A stretch of DNA of 61,538 nucleotides, filler included, from Nemertoderma westbladi (lineage: Eukaryota > Animalia > Xenacoelomorpha): the NCBI GenBank assembly GCA_032718475.1. It is 4 parts of 4 records of this genome, joined end to end, with 100 filler letters (N's around TTAATTAATTAA, not from the genome) between each part and the next. Parts side by side here need not be neighbours in the genome. Positions count along the whole stretch, not along the records: positions 1 to 17,156 come from JAUCBJ010003480.1; 3 more parts are not named here. One strand, 5' to 3'. The notes below the pieces were generated by a model. The model was not told the origin of the DNA and made no database searches. It saw only the letters and a list, made by a program, of their open reading frames with translations. Positions 1 through 12,324 of the stretch are shown piece after piece. Every line of letters starts with the position of its first letter. Positions within the stretch are counted from its first letter, which is position 1. Position numbers and translations under genes: made by a program.

Positions 1-522
1 CAAACTGAAAATAATAAAATTCAGTACATAATTTAAACAGCCCGTAAAACTCGGTACGGTGATCCCAAACATATTAATTTTGGTGTGGTGTAGTGAAAGG
101 AATTCAGTTACAATTTCAACCGCGTCATCCACCGGGATGTTAGTGTACATAGCCACTGTATCCAGGCTGAACAAAATGTCGCCTGGGTCTAACGGGGGTA
201 GTCGTTTAACCCTATCCATGAAGTCGATAGAGTTTTTTAACCGTTCCGGAATGAGTTCTACTAGTTGGCTGAGTATCTGGCAGCAAAACCACGCTGGTTT
301 TTCAATGGCTGATCCTGTTGCCGCTGTGATTGGTCGCATGGGATTGTCAGTTTTATGCGTCTTCGGGTTGCCATATAACTGTGGGGGGTTGGGTCTGATG
401 TTTAGGAGGCTGTTGATGACCGCGTCCGGGTGCGATCGAGCGAGTATGTTCTTAATTCCAATATTGGACCTGAGTTTTTCTTTGCTCGTGGGGTTCCGTT
501 GGAGCTTCTCGTAGATAGAATT
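1..522 (-). mobile_element. Penelope-like retroelement, inverted upstream RT segment (runs off the window start)
   Basis: Minus-strand translation from 522 reads NSIYEKLQRNPT...PPQLYGNPKTHKTDNPMRPITAATGS...FSLDTVAMYTNIPVDDA, typical early PLE RT motifs. Bases 1-57 are the reverse complement of about 526-583, with a 1-nt deletion near 52. Confidence 0.9.
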
Positions 523-2095
523 ATCGTACCAGAGTTTTACGGGCTGTTTAAATTATGTACTGAATTTTATTATTTTCAGTTTGATGGGAATTTTTATAGA
601 CAGCTATCGGGATTAGGCATGGGGGATAGGTTAGCAGCACCGTGCTCACAAATTTATATACACGTGAAGAAAACAAAATTTCTAGCTAGTTATTTTCTGC
701 AGCCGGAGTGCTGGATGCGATATTACGATGACGGTTGGTCGCAGTGGAAGCACGGGGAAACCGAACTGAGTAACTTTCTAGAATACCTGAACACTTGCCA
801 CCCGACCATCAAATATACGATGGAATTTTCATTTGACCGATTGCCGTTTCTTGACGTCCTCACCACTATTAACAACAGTGGGAACATTGTTTTCGAGCTA
901 TACACAAAACCTTCGAATGTTGGAGTGATGATAAACTTTAACAGCCACCACCCGAAAAGCACGATTTTTAACACCGCTCGCAGCGCACTACAGCGAGCCT
1001 TACCGCGGGGTAGCACACCGGAAGGGAAGGCGAGGGGTATTAACAAAATTAGGGAAACTCTAATTAACAACGACTTCCCTTTAGAGGTGGTCAACAAACT
1101 TACCAAGCAAGTGGAGCAGGGGAGGAACTCTCGCGCTAACCCAGCTAGAAATAGCAAATTAACACCGGTGGTCCTGCCCTATATTAATGAGCAGGTACTA
1201 CGTAGGGTTAAGCAAGCGGTACAAGAGTCACCATTCGCTAGCACGGTTAGAGTAGTCTCATCTATGGGACCCAAACTTCGTAACATATTAATAAAAACTA
1301 ACATCGACCCCCCAACATGCCCAGCACCTAAGAACGCGGAATGCTACACCTGTGGGCACGGCGTCCGTAAGTGCACCACCAGGAATGTGGTCTACAAGGT
1401 AGCCTGCACCAGTTGTGGTGCGGACTACATTGGAGAGTCATATGACTGGGTGCGTGGGCGGGTAATGTCCCATAGGAATGCAATCCGTAACGGGAACCCT
1501 AAGAACGAAAGTGGCGTAGGCGCACACTTCGTTACACATCACCCTGACTTAGCACAAACCCAACACCCAGTAACAGTATCCATAGTCAAGAAAGCAAGAG
1601 ACTACGTTGACCGAAAACTCACTGAGAAAGTACACATAGCACACAACACACCAACCATGAATACGCAGCACGTTAGGGAACACGACGCAGCGTGGTGAAC
1701 GATGAACGATTGATTACTGATTATGGTGCAATTTATTTAGTGTTTTGAAATTATTTGCAATTTATTTGTAACTTTGTAGATTATTGTGTAGTTTTATTGG
1801 GTGTAGGAACTACCTACAGTAGATGCCCGCCGCAGCCCCAACACACGTTGGAGCAGCTACTGTAGCTAGGCCTAGACCTTGGATCATACGGTACAGCCTT
1901 CAGTACATACATACCGGTTGTGTTTCTGTATTATTGTTTGTTACTCGAGACCTATCAGCGAGCTAGTAAAAGGCCTGTGGCCGAAATATTGCTCAATTTG
2001 TCAATTTTGGTTACTTGACGGTCAGTCTCCCCTTATCTATCATTATGATTTCAACAGTAACCCGGGCGCGACAACTCATCTCAACATCTAAGTAG
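523..2095 (+). mobile_element. Penelope-like retroelement, 5'-truncated RT + GIY-YIG endonuclease (coding 523-1698) and 3' UTR/pseudo-LTR
   Basis: GLGMG, RYYDD, LPFLDV, YTKP and SHHP RT motifs; Cys-rich linker (CYTC) and GIY-YIG motif NVVYKVACTSCGADYIGES. The first ~31 codons of ORF 430..1698 are antisense RT sequence, not real N-terminus. 3' boundary is approximate. Confidence 0.93.
1960..1994 (+). ncRNA. Minimal type-I hammerhead-ribozyme-like motif with a variant core, in the PLE 3' UTR
   Basis: GAGC-TAGTAAAA-GGCC(TGT)GGCC-GAAA-TATT-GCTC: stem I GAGC/GCTC, stem II GGCC/GGCC, GAAA box, palindromic AATATT at stem III. The core deviates from CUGANGA. Confidence 0.55.
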
Positions 2096-2133
2096 TACAC
2101 TACTATGTCATGGAATAGTGGCGTTATTCATTC

Positions 2134-3537
2134 AGGTACCCGCCCCCACCCACCACCCCCCCAAATTTTTTTTTCTACAAATCTTTAAGGCAGTGATTTT
2201 TTATGTCCTTTTATTTGACTTTTTTTGTCATTTTTTTTTACGAATTATGCATAATGACTTTTGTTGTCCTTTTAATGACTTTTATTGTCCTTTTAATGAC
2301 TTTTTATGTATGTATTTCTTCAAACTGTCAGACTGCTGATTTCTGGACTGTCAGACAGTTGATTTCACTATGCCTGTGCCAAAACATTCCATGATTCCAT
2401 GATTTATAGACTATGAGATAGATTTCCATATGCGCCTGTGGTAAAAAGACTCTATATTTAATAGTTTGTGGTTGTTGTCGATAATCGATTACCACATGAC
2501 GTAGCAAAACACTCATTTTATAGCCAAAAACAATTACCAATTGATGGAAAGGAGCAGGTTAAGGCCGAGTTTTCTAACCAAAACAATAAACAGTCACTTT
2601 ACCAAATCAGGGAAAGGAGCAGGTTACAGAGACGGGATTTTCTAACCAAAACAATAAACGATCACTTAACTAATTGAGGGAAAGGAGCAGGTTACAGAGG
2701 CGGGATTTTCTAACCAAAACAATAAACGATCACTTAACTAATTGAGGGAAAGGAGCAGGTTACAGAGGCGGGATTTTCTAACCAAAACAATAAACGATCA
2801 TTTAACTAATTGAGGGAAAGGGGCAGGTTACAGAGGCGGGCCTTTCTAACCAAAACAATAAACGGTCACTTTACCAATTCAGGGAAAGGAGCAGGTTACA
2901 GAGGCGGGATTTTCTAACCAAAACAATAAACGATCATTTAACTAATTGAGGGAAAGGGGCAGGTTACAGAGGCGGGATTTTCTAACCAAAACAATAAACG
3001 ATCATTTAACTAATTGAGGGAAAGGAGCAGGTTACAGAGACGATAAAACTAATACAGTAATAGGCCTAAATTATGTGAAAGGTATATCCACATTTTCCAC
3101 AATCCTGCAATCCAGTTTGGCCTATCAATTATTTAAAATTTATTAGCACAACCGGTAGGCCTACCATTACCGTATTTAAATGGTAGGCTACACAGTAGGC
3201 CTATAGCAGTACCGGTGCCGGTACCGGTACTAAAATACAGAAATACCTGCTTTATACCTACATCTGTACATACAATACAGCAAAATAGTGCTATATATAC
3301 TAATACCGGTACTGATAGCCTGAGAGAACAGCAGTAGAGAAACCGGTAGCATGGAACCTAACATTAGACTTTTGGAGGACATAAAAAATCAAAAAAAAGG
3401 ACAAAAAAAGGATTTAAACGGACAATAAAAATTATTGCGAATCTTTAATGAGATTGCATGAAATTTGAAGTACAGTAGAGATACTGTAGTTTCGAGACAG
3501 GGGGGGGGGGGGGGGGGTGGGTGGGGGTACAGTACCT
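2134..3537. mobile_element. Putative non-autonomous DNA transposon with imperfect inverted ends, carrying an internal 68-bp array
   Basis: AGGTACCCGCCCCCACCCACC at left vs GGTGGGTGGGGGTACAGTACCT at right; GATTTTTTATGTCC (~2195) vs GGACATAAAAAATC (~3377). The left part (2186-2393) has a near-identical copy at 37314-37512. Confidence 0.45.
2515..3041. repeat. 68-bp tandem array, about 7.5 copies
   Basis: GGAAAGGRGCAGGTTACAG recurs at 2611, 2679, 2747, 2815, 2883, 2951 and 3019 (period 68); the unit also contains TTTTCTAACCAAAACAATAAAC. Confidence 0.95.
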
Positions 3538-3679
3538 ATCTGGTACAGTTTCACTCAACTCCTCCTGGGTGGGTGAGTCTGAATTTTATATTTTTTTGCT
3601 CTTATTTTTTAGCCAAAGGCAATTAAAAAAAGTGTCTACGTTGATATTTCACCACTTAAACTGAAGTTATTCTTAAACC

Positions 3680-4109
3680 TGATAGTGATTTGTTGGTATT
3701 GATAGAAAGCTGGTCATACAGTACAAAGTACATTACAAATACATAACACAATCTGAATTTCGTTGAAAAATAGTTGAGATATGAGCGTTCAAAAGTTGCA
3801 TGATTTTGCACCTGCGTGAAGCTATTTAATTATATGATATAAAAGCACCATATTCTAGAATAACAGTTTGTTTATGTATGAAGGCCATGCAATAATGCGA
3901 TTTAAGAGGCATTGCATTGCTTTCCAGCTACGTATGAAATGAATAAAATGTTCCAAAATATGGTATGTTTATTAAAAAGCGTAGGTGCAAAACCATGCAA
4001 CTTTCGGACGCTCATATTTCAGCTATTTTACGACGAAATTCAGATTGTGATACATATTTGGAATCCTTGCAAGGCCAGCTTTCGAACAGTATCAACAAAT
4101 CACTATCAG
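3680..4109. mobile_element. Foldback/MITE-like element with long imperfect inverted arms
   Basis: CACAATCTGAATTTCGT...GTTGCATGATTTTGCACCTGCG (3747-3816) pairs with CGTAGGTGCAAAACCATGCAAC...ACGAAATTCAGATTGTG (3980-4049); the arms extend to TGATAGTGATTTGTTG / CAACAAATCACTATCA. Confidence 0.65.
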
Positions 4110-6270
4110 CGTCGTCCTCTCCCTTCCCCGATAAACATGTTATAGTTGGTGTTTGCTGCTCTGCTGAATATAATAATCAGCTAATCAGCATAAAAGTTAG
4201 CGCTACAAGAGCCACCGATAGCATTATTTCGAACATCACTATCAGAAGGTAAGTCTTATTGAAATGCAGCAAAACTTTCGTAGCGAGTTTGTTTTAAATA
4301 CAAACCTGTTAATATTTTGAAACATTATTATGAATATATAATTTTGTATTAGGATACAAAGACTATATAATTTCTTATAGCAATAAAAATATCCTAGCCA
4401 AGATTCAGAGTCATTATAGTTATTACCTAAAGTAGGTGAACCCATAAATTAAAAAATGTATAATAAAAATATTTTGAGTTAACTGAAATGAAAAAAAATA
4501 ACCAAATTATTTAGAATTTGCATATACGAAAATAATTACATTAATTGGCACAAATCAGTTAATGTAGCGATGACCAAACATGCTCTGAGGTTTTTGAAAC
4601 ATTATTAAATATCGCCAACTTTGGAATGGTACAGTACATGGGGGTACGCTCCGTTACGTGAAGTATGTACATTGGCGCTAACTCCTGTTTAAAGCCATGC
4701 ATGTTATTTATTATCTGCAATTCATACTGCAATCCCCCCCCCCCTCTCCCTAGACAAACGCCAGTGGGCGATCGCCCCCTCTACCCCTCCCTCTTATTCC
4801 GCTACCGCCATTGTCATTGAAGCACACCAAGCAAGGAGGAAATATTGCGCTTGAGCATTGAGCTACACTGGGCTACAAGGAATAAAATCACCATACATCG
4901 TATTAGCAATGTTCTTTATTCTATATTCGGTAAATAATCAAGTAAGTACGTATTTAATGTACCTATTGTTAAAACTAATAAAAAAACATAAAGTTTTTCC
5001 CGTCTACGATACAATTAACTTCACTTACTTACACTACGAGTACGACGGTCGCGGTCGGCGGAAAAAAACGACTTTTTCCTTAATTTATAAACTATTGTAA
5101 ATAGTAAAACATTTTGTTATATTATTATTGTAAAAATAGCAACATCTTGTGTAATTCTATTCATTTGTATACTCCCTTGCATATGATGCCATGCTTGGGG
5201 ATGAATTGGGATTCACCCTCCCTCTGTTGTAAATATTACTGAATCTTTATCTTACTAACACTTCTGCTATTCTGTCGTACCAGCCATGGATTGGCCTATT
5301 TCCCCATTAATTCCCATGTGGTTGCTCCTGATTGGATGAGTCCACAAAAATATTACTTAATTATTGTAAGGCACTGACGCTGACATAACCTGACAACCTA
5401 TAGCACTACTGCACTATCTGACTATGGCAGCGTGTGAATTCAGTCAATTGTATTCCATTCCACAATCGCTAGTGTTACCGGTACACATGTATTGTGATGT
5501 CATTACATATTCAACATCGGGCCTAGACCAGTAGTCTACCGGTATACCAGACTCCATTCCATACAGCCACAGGCTGACAGGCTACATTCTGCATTCTGAC
5601 ATTATTAGTCAGACTTAATTCTGTAGCTAATCAGCTAATTAGTGGGATATTTACTTTCTCTACCGGCTGACCGGTAGGGCTGTAGGTGGTAGGGAGAGGA
5701 TAAACAAAGGTGACGGTCTGACGGTTCTTAATTTAATTTTAATAGTGTCAGCTGGCTGGCTGGTCTGCTGGTACCGGGTAGGCCTATTTAGTATAATTAA
5801 ATTATTCCTATCCTATAGGCCTAGGCTATTAAAATTCAATTGCAATTCATAGTAGCAGAGTAGGCCTACCACCACTCACCACCTGACCACCAGACCACGG
5901 GCTGACGGCCGCTGACAGGCTGACGCCTGACTGCCTGACGGGACTTTGAACGCGAGGACGTAATTCGACTGGCTACAGGCTAACTGCATGAACTGTCACG
6001 CTGCGACGCTGGTTAGTTAGCAGTTAGACGTCTGACGTCTGCTGAGTCTGGTACGCCATTCTGCATTCACTATCCGAATAGGCTTATACAGTTATACTGT
6101 AATATTCTAGCATACCGGTACCGACTAAGATACGACGCTGTAACGTACGGTACGGTACCGAGTGTCGAGAACAGAACGCTGTGCAGCTGCGCCGTGCCTA
6201 AAGTAAACCTGCAGTCTTATTGACTACGGTAATCTGGTACCGGTAGTGCGATAACTGTCAGACTGTTATA

Positions 6271-6876
6271 ATGAAGTTTGCCGACTGCTCTTCGTGCAAT
6301 ACAATATCCCTAATTGTAGTAATCCTCGCCACATGCCTCCCCTTTTCCTTAGCAGGTCGAGACTTTTACGGTATTCTAGGTGTACCGCGCACAGCAACAA
6401 CAAATGAAATTAAAAAAGCCTATCGTAGACGCGCGGCCAAACTGCATCCGGACCGGAACTCTGACGATCCGTTGGCGCAGGAGAAGTTCCAGGATCTGGG
6501 AGCCGCTTACGAGGCGCTCTCAAACTCAGATTCTCGACGGCAGTTCGACCGGTGTGGCGAGGAGTGCGTGAAGAACGACGTGGGCCATGGAGACCCGTTC
6601 TCTAGCTTCTTTGGCGACTCTGGTTTTAGTTTTGGGGGCGGGGGTAGTTTTTCGTTTGGCGGTGGTCGGGAACGCAATCCCCAGGTTCCGAAGGGTGGGA
6701 ACGTCGATATGATTCTGGAAGCGACGTTGGAAGAACTCTACAACGGTAATTTCGTCGAATTTTTTCGTTATAAGCCAGTCGCTAGACCAGCGCACGGGAC
6801 ACGGAGGTGTAACTGTCGGATGGAGATGAAAACCGTTCAAATGGGGCCGGGTTCCTTCCAGATGCACCAACAACAG
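6271..6876 (+). CDS. DNAJB11: DnaJ homolog subfamily B member 11 (ERdj3), coding exon 1
   Basis: Signal peptide ending SLA-GRDFY, J domain with HPD, G/F-rich linker, RRCNCR..MKT.QMGPG.FQM.QQ; donor CAG|GTTAG at 6876/6877. Confidence 0.93.
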
Positions 6877-7626
6877 GTTAGGGATTTCCTTCGGTAGTAC
6901 ATTGCGGTAGATGCAGCGTGCCAATTCGACAATAATTTTCTTTTTTTGTTTTCTTTCTACGGCTACGGAGCAATGTTACATTATAGAATTTGGTTTTAAA
7001 TGATCATTCGTGTGAAGTTCTGTTTTCACAACACTGCCTCAATCAATATAGTTTTAATATGTTAAATTTTACTGATTAAAATATATTTTTCTACTTTGGT
7101 AATTGGTGATGTAACTAACTATACAGCTATTATATCGCATAGTTTGAAAATATGTCTAGGCCCTACCCTACCATATTAAGCATAAAAAATGATACATACA
7201 CACGTTAAATGAAACTCAATTTCGAGAATGAAATTGTACATGAAAAACAAGTAGCTTTAATTTCGCATTAATTCCGTTTTATGTATGGCTGACTGCGAGA
7301 TCTGGGGGCGTTATGTTCCTGGGTCCGCCGGCAATATACCTTAGTGCAAGCCGTTCATTAATTAACCTCGCTTACTCGGCATATTATACATCTCGGTGGG
7401 AAATAAAGCGGGATTTGTTTTCGTGTACTAAATATACATTTTGACTAAATTATTTCCAGGTTTCTAGGTTTGTGTTCACTTTCACCTTTTGTGCCCTTAT
7501 TTACTCTTGTGTCCATCTCTTAATAAACCTAACCAAATTACTTTTTTATCTTAAAAAAAATAACCAAGTATTAAATATCCTTCAAGGATCAACTGAATTA
7601 GATCTTTCGCTTCCATCGATCCCCAG

Positions 7627-7905
7627 GTTTGCGATGAATGTCCCAACGTTCAATATGAACAGGAAGAGAAGTTACTGGAGATGGAGATCGAAGCGGGAAT
7701 GTTGGACGGTCAGTCGTACACGTTCGTATCAGAAGGTGAACCTCACATCGACGGTGAACCTGGGGATCTTATAGTAACGATAAAGGAACTCAAACACAAG
7801 ATATTCGAGAGGCGGGTCGATGATTTGTATACCAACATAACCATCAGTCTACAAGACGCCTTAGTCGGATTCGAAGCTACACTAAAACACCTCGACGGTC
7901 ATATA
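7627..7905 (+). CDS. DNAJB11: DNAJB11 coding exon 2
   Basis: Acceptor CCCCAG at 7626; VCDECPNV...[13 protein letters not shown]...[27 protein letters not shown]; donor GTGAGT at 7906. In frame with exon 1. Confidence 0.93.
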
Positions 7906-8139
7906 GTGAGTTTACTAATTTATTATAATTTTATAATATAATTAATATATAATAATAATAATAAACGGTACTTTATAAATGTTTTTTTGCAATTTACAAA
8001 GTTATTCCTGCAGTCCTGTGTTCCTTAGAATTATTTTGGTATTAGAATATTCTTATTTTTGCGTTTTCCTTAAATTTGGGTGAGAAATTGGCAAATTAAT
8101 GTAAAAAATGTTCAGATTATTTTCTGATCACATTTTAAT

Positions 8140-8909
8140 ATTAACTGGAACCCTACTTGGGGGGGGGGGTCATTTTAGATTTTTTTTGCAATTCATCTGT
8201 ATCTTTGAGTCAGATTTGTTGGGAAAACGGAAATTTCGTCACCTTTCCAAAAATTTAATGGGCTATGCAACAAAGTAAACACAATTTATATGGCTATATT
8301 TTAGTTTTCGTGCTTATGGTCCGTTTCTGGCACGGAGTATTTTTCGTGCTAAAATTTTCAAAAGTTTTTATAATTCACTAAAATTAATTTATTTGCGGTT
8401 TTTTTGGATGCTGATCACGTTTGTAAAACTCAAATATGACAGTCGAGAAAATTTTTTGGTAATTTTGAATTCTTTGAAAAAACAAGTAATGCCAATATGA
8501 TAATGAAAAATCACCACAAAATCAAATATATTTTATGTCCAAATAGTTTTTTGGGATGCTGATCACGAATATGACACTGAAAAATATCCTACATTGTTGA
8601 TTAGGGTATTTTTGGATATGTGTCAGTGTGCGGCACGAAAAATACAAGTAACACAAATTTGATAATCAATAATCATTATTTTTGCCGTTTGAAATTGTAT
8701 GCTACTTGTTTTTTGTACCACCAGACAAGCAGCAAAAATGATAGTTGCGTTACCGCGAATGATTTATTAATGAGTTTTATCGTGATCAGCGACCTCGAAA
8801 ACCCTTTTATACCATCAAAATTGTAATTTTTAGCCAAGATCTAAAAAATTCTAAAATGACCCCCCACCCTGTCCAATAAAGTATAGTGAAATAGCCCGGC
8901 CAGATAGGG
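8140..8909. mobile_element. Non-autonomous piggyBac-like element, copy 1
   Basis: Ends ...ATAGGG|TTAA; subterminal GGGGGGTCATTTTAG / CTAAAATGACCCCCC; repeated TGCTGATCACG and AAATACAAGTA motifs. Inverted homolog at 10905-11715. Confidence 0.55.
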
Positions 8910-9079
8910 TTAAATCTAACCATTTGACTCGAAAACAATCAGACGACGATATCTGTCTGAATATTGTCATATTTGTAATGTGCAGATTAATAATTAATAA
9001 TTGCAGATTAATCATAATCTTTAATCATAATTAATCATAATATGATTATCCCGCTTTAATTCCCAAACTGAAATTCTTT

Positions 9080-9224
9080 CAAGTTGCCGTAAAAGTTGAG
9101 CAACTTTTACGGCAACTTTTTTTTCAGCAGCTTTTTTTTTACACGCAGCAACTTGATCGGCAACCTGGGTTTCTCTACAAGTTGCCGAGAAAGTTGGTCT
9201 AAAAGTTGCCACGTGTAAACGGCC
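9080..9224. mobile_element. PIF/Harbinger-like MITE end fragment
   Basis: Repeated AAGTTGCC/GGCAACTT motifs ending in GTGTAAACGGCC followed by TTA; the matching left end was not found. Confidence 0.4.
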
Positions 9225-9918
9225 TTATATCATTAATGCCCAAACGAAAACTAACCCGCCCCCCATGAATATAGACAATGAATGAATAGTGACATAGATA
9301 TATTGTAGGACATCTCGAGGGTAATTATCCATTGTTAATATCCACCATTATGCTAGTGTCAGTTTGTTTATCGTACAGTAGTTGTAGTAACTGTAATTAA
9401 TAATTAAATTGTGTAAAAGGATATGAATTTCATTAATATTCTTAAACATTACAATAAGAAAGCTAAAAAAACATTCTGAACGATGATAAGTTGACATAAA
9501 GTAACAAAATTACGTATAATAATTTCGTATGAAAGAAAAGATCACTTCACTATGTCAGGTTAAAGAAAGACGCTCGTTTATTTATGCAAATATTCTGCGT
9601 TTATCCGGTATGTAAACACACATAACACCGGAAAAGAGGTGTTTTTCGCACAAATTTTGTACTTCTTTAAAAACATTGTCAAATTCTATCAAACGTATCA
9701 ATTGTTTTATTGATCATTAGTAGAAAACGTCTGCATCAAATTAAAAAAAAACGATAAGGTGGGCTAACGATTTTAATAAAAGTTATGACCTACTATAGAT
9801 AATATATTAACAGTGTTCGCTTCTAACTGTCTTGGATTTAATAGACAAAGGTTATTGATACATAATAGATATGCTGAGATAAATTAATATCACGACGATA
9901 TAATGAGGAACTGATAAT

Positions 9919-10856
9919 CAAGGATGTTATTTATTACGTTACGTTACGGTATCTTTTCAAGAATACCGTAGTTTAATATTTTTCTGTAACGTAAACCGTA
10001 ACGTAATAGCCTTTTCAATACCGTAACGTAATATTACTGTATATTTTTACCGTAAGGTAATAGCGTAATATTTCTTTTATCTACCAAGCAATCATTTTGG
10101 ACAAAAAAGTAAATCTATCGACAAAAAACTTTCACTTGAACTTTCTAGCTATAGGCCTATTCAATATAAAGCTCAATGCTTTTAGGTTTTGTTTGTCTGT
10201 ACACGGTATCCTTATAGCCAGCTTCCTGGTTTCTCCAGTTATTTATGATGCAGTTTTAATTAATAATTAATTAATACCGGTAGTTAAATTAAGTTTTAAT
10301 TAATGTTAAGCTAACTAGGGCTACTGACTGAACTATTTATTGAGTATCTGCTCTATCCTAACTGTAGCCTATAACAACGCAGTATGCTGTAAGTGGGTGG
10401 TTAGAGCTTGTGTGACATACTTTATGAACGCCCCTAATGGTATAGATCATAGATTTATAGGACAGGTCAGCAGGTTACATGGTAGGCCTACCTACAGGGC
10501 TAGCGGCTACCTGTATGTCTTATTATGACAACCTATTACAACACAAGCCAAGCCGTTTTACCAATTTAAAGTTATTTTTATGTTAAGTTAATTTGCAATT
10601 TCAAAACATTGAAACTATAATTTTCCGCTCTTCAGACAAAATTAGGATGAAACTTTAAAAATCTCTTTGTGGTCCTATGGAATCTGAACCGGTTATTACG
10701 TTACGGTATTTTCTGTAATACGCAATTATTTTTTTCGGAATACAGTAACGTAACGTAATTTGGAAATTATTCCGCAATGTAATATCGTAACGTAAAAAGT
10801 TTAGTTTTTCAAACGTAACGTGACGTAATACCGTAACGTAACGTAAAACATCCTTG
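9919..10856. mobile_element. Non-autonomous hAT-type DNA transposon
   Basis: TIRs CAAGGATGTT / AACATCCTTG, 8-bp target duplication CTGATAAT / TTGATAAT, dense subterminal CGTAA/TTACG repeats. Confidence 0.8.
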
Positions 10857-10904
10857 TTGATAATAATTAGGGGAATGATTATTAACTATCCTGGAATATC
10901 CTTA

Positions 10905-11715
10905 TTTTTTAGATCTTGGCTCAAAATTACAATTTTATAAGGGATGTCGAGGACGCTGATCACGATAAAACCTGTTAAAAATATTTTCTGGCAATGCATC
11001 AATCATTTTTGGTGCTATTTTGGCCCCCCAGGACGAAAAGTACAAGTCAAAAAATTGTCAAACTAAACATTTTGTGTTTGGTTAGATAATTATGAACGTA
11101 TATATATGGGTTTTTGTGGTCGCTGATCACGATGAAAGTAGTTATAAATATTTCTGGCATGTGCAGTGCACACCCAATATTGGTGCCATTATGGTGCCCC
11201 AGAACGAAAAGTACAAGTAGCAAAAATTTCAAACTGTTAAATTTTGTCTTTGGTTTTGTAATTCTGAAGCTAAACTGGTTTTCAAAGCCGCTGATAACGA
11301 TACAACTCGTTAAAAATAATTCGTGGTAACGCAACTATAGTTTTTGGTGTTTGTCTGGTGGGATTAAAAATACAAGTAGCATAAAATTTCAAACGGCAAA
11401 GATCAAATTTGGTTGGATAAAACGATATTTATAAGTGTCATATTCGTGATCAGCATCCCAGAAAACCCATAATGTCTAAAACCAGGTTGATTTGGTAATG
11501 ATTTTTGATTATCAAATTTGTGCTACTTGTATTTTTCGTGCCGCACATTGACATTGACACGTATCCAAAAAAGCCGTAATCAACAAGGTATGATATTTTT
11601 CAGTGTCATATTCGTGATCAGCATCCCAAAAAACCCATATGGTCATAAAATCAATTTGATTTTGTGGTGATTTTTCATTATCATATTTCCACTTGTTTTT
11701 TCGTGCTCCAGGGGC
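10905..11715. mobile_element. Inverted second copy of the piggyBac-like repeat at 8140-8909
   Basis: TTTTTTAGATCTTGGCTCAAAATTACAA is the near-exact reverse complement of 8821-8848; further blocks such as CAGTGTCATATTCGTGATCAGCATCCCAAAAAAC also match. Confidence 0.75.
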
Positions 11716-12324
11716 ACAAATAACTGACTAATAACTAATAGAACAACATGCCTATGTTGTTATTTTACACAACTCTTCGATATGTTTGATGTAGAGGAAT
11801 AAACCTTCCCAATGAAATCAGCACATTCTAAAACCTCAGTAGCCAAACTGTAGGTCAAAATTACCACTTTTGAAAAAAGTGCTACTTGCATTTTTAGTGC
11901 TCTATTAGTATCTTTTAAAAAAAAAATGAAAATTTTGCTTCTAATCTTGCTTTCTATTACTAATAATGAATTCAACAAAACAAAAAAGCATAGTATGGTT
12001 TAATGGTTATAATTTCAAGGATGATGTAATTTGTGTAATTTTAATATTTCCGAAAGGTGCTGATATGATATGGGTACCAAGAACTCCTCATATCTCGAAA
12101 ACTACTGGAGCTATTAAATTTTTATTTGTCTCATCTGAAAGAGGACATAATTTTAGTTAAGGACAAGTACTTTCGACGCGCTAGACATAATGTTTCATGG
12201 GTTCTATCTAAGAGAAATAACTGGCCCACTAAATTTAGGGGCTTTGCAGCGGCTTGGCGGGTCGTATCTATTATAGTAGGTCATGTAAAACTCATTGACT
12301 GTCGTACCAGTAGGCCTACCAGTA

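Noticed and set aside
59-514. 151-aa plus-strand ORF and the first ~31 codons of ORF 430..1698
   Set aside because: They are antisense to the inverted Penelope RT segment.
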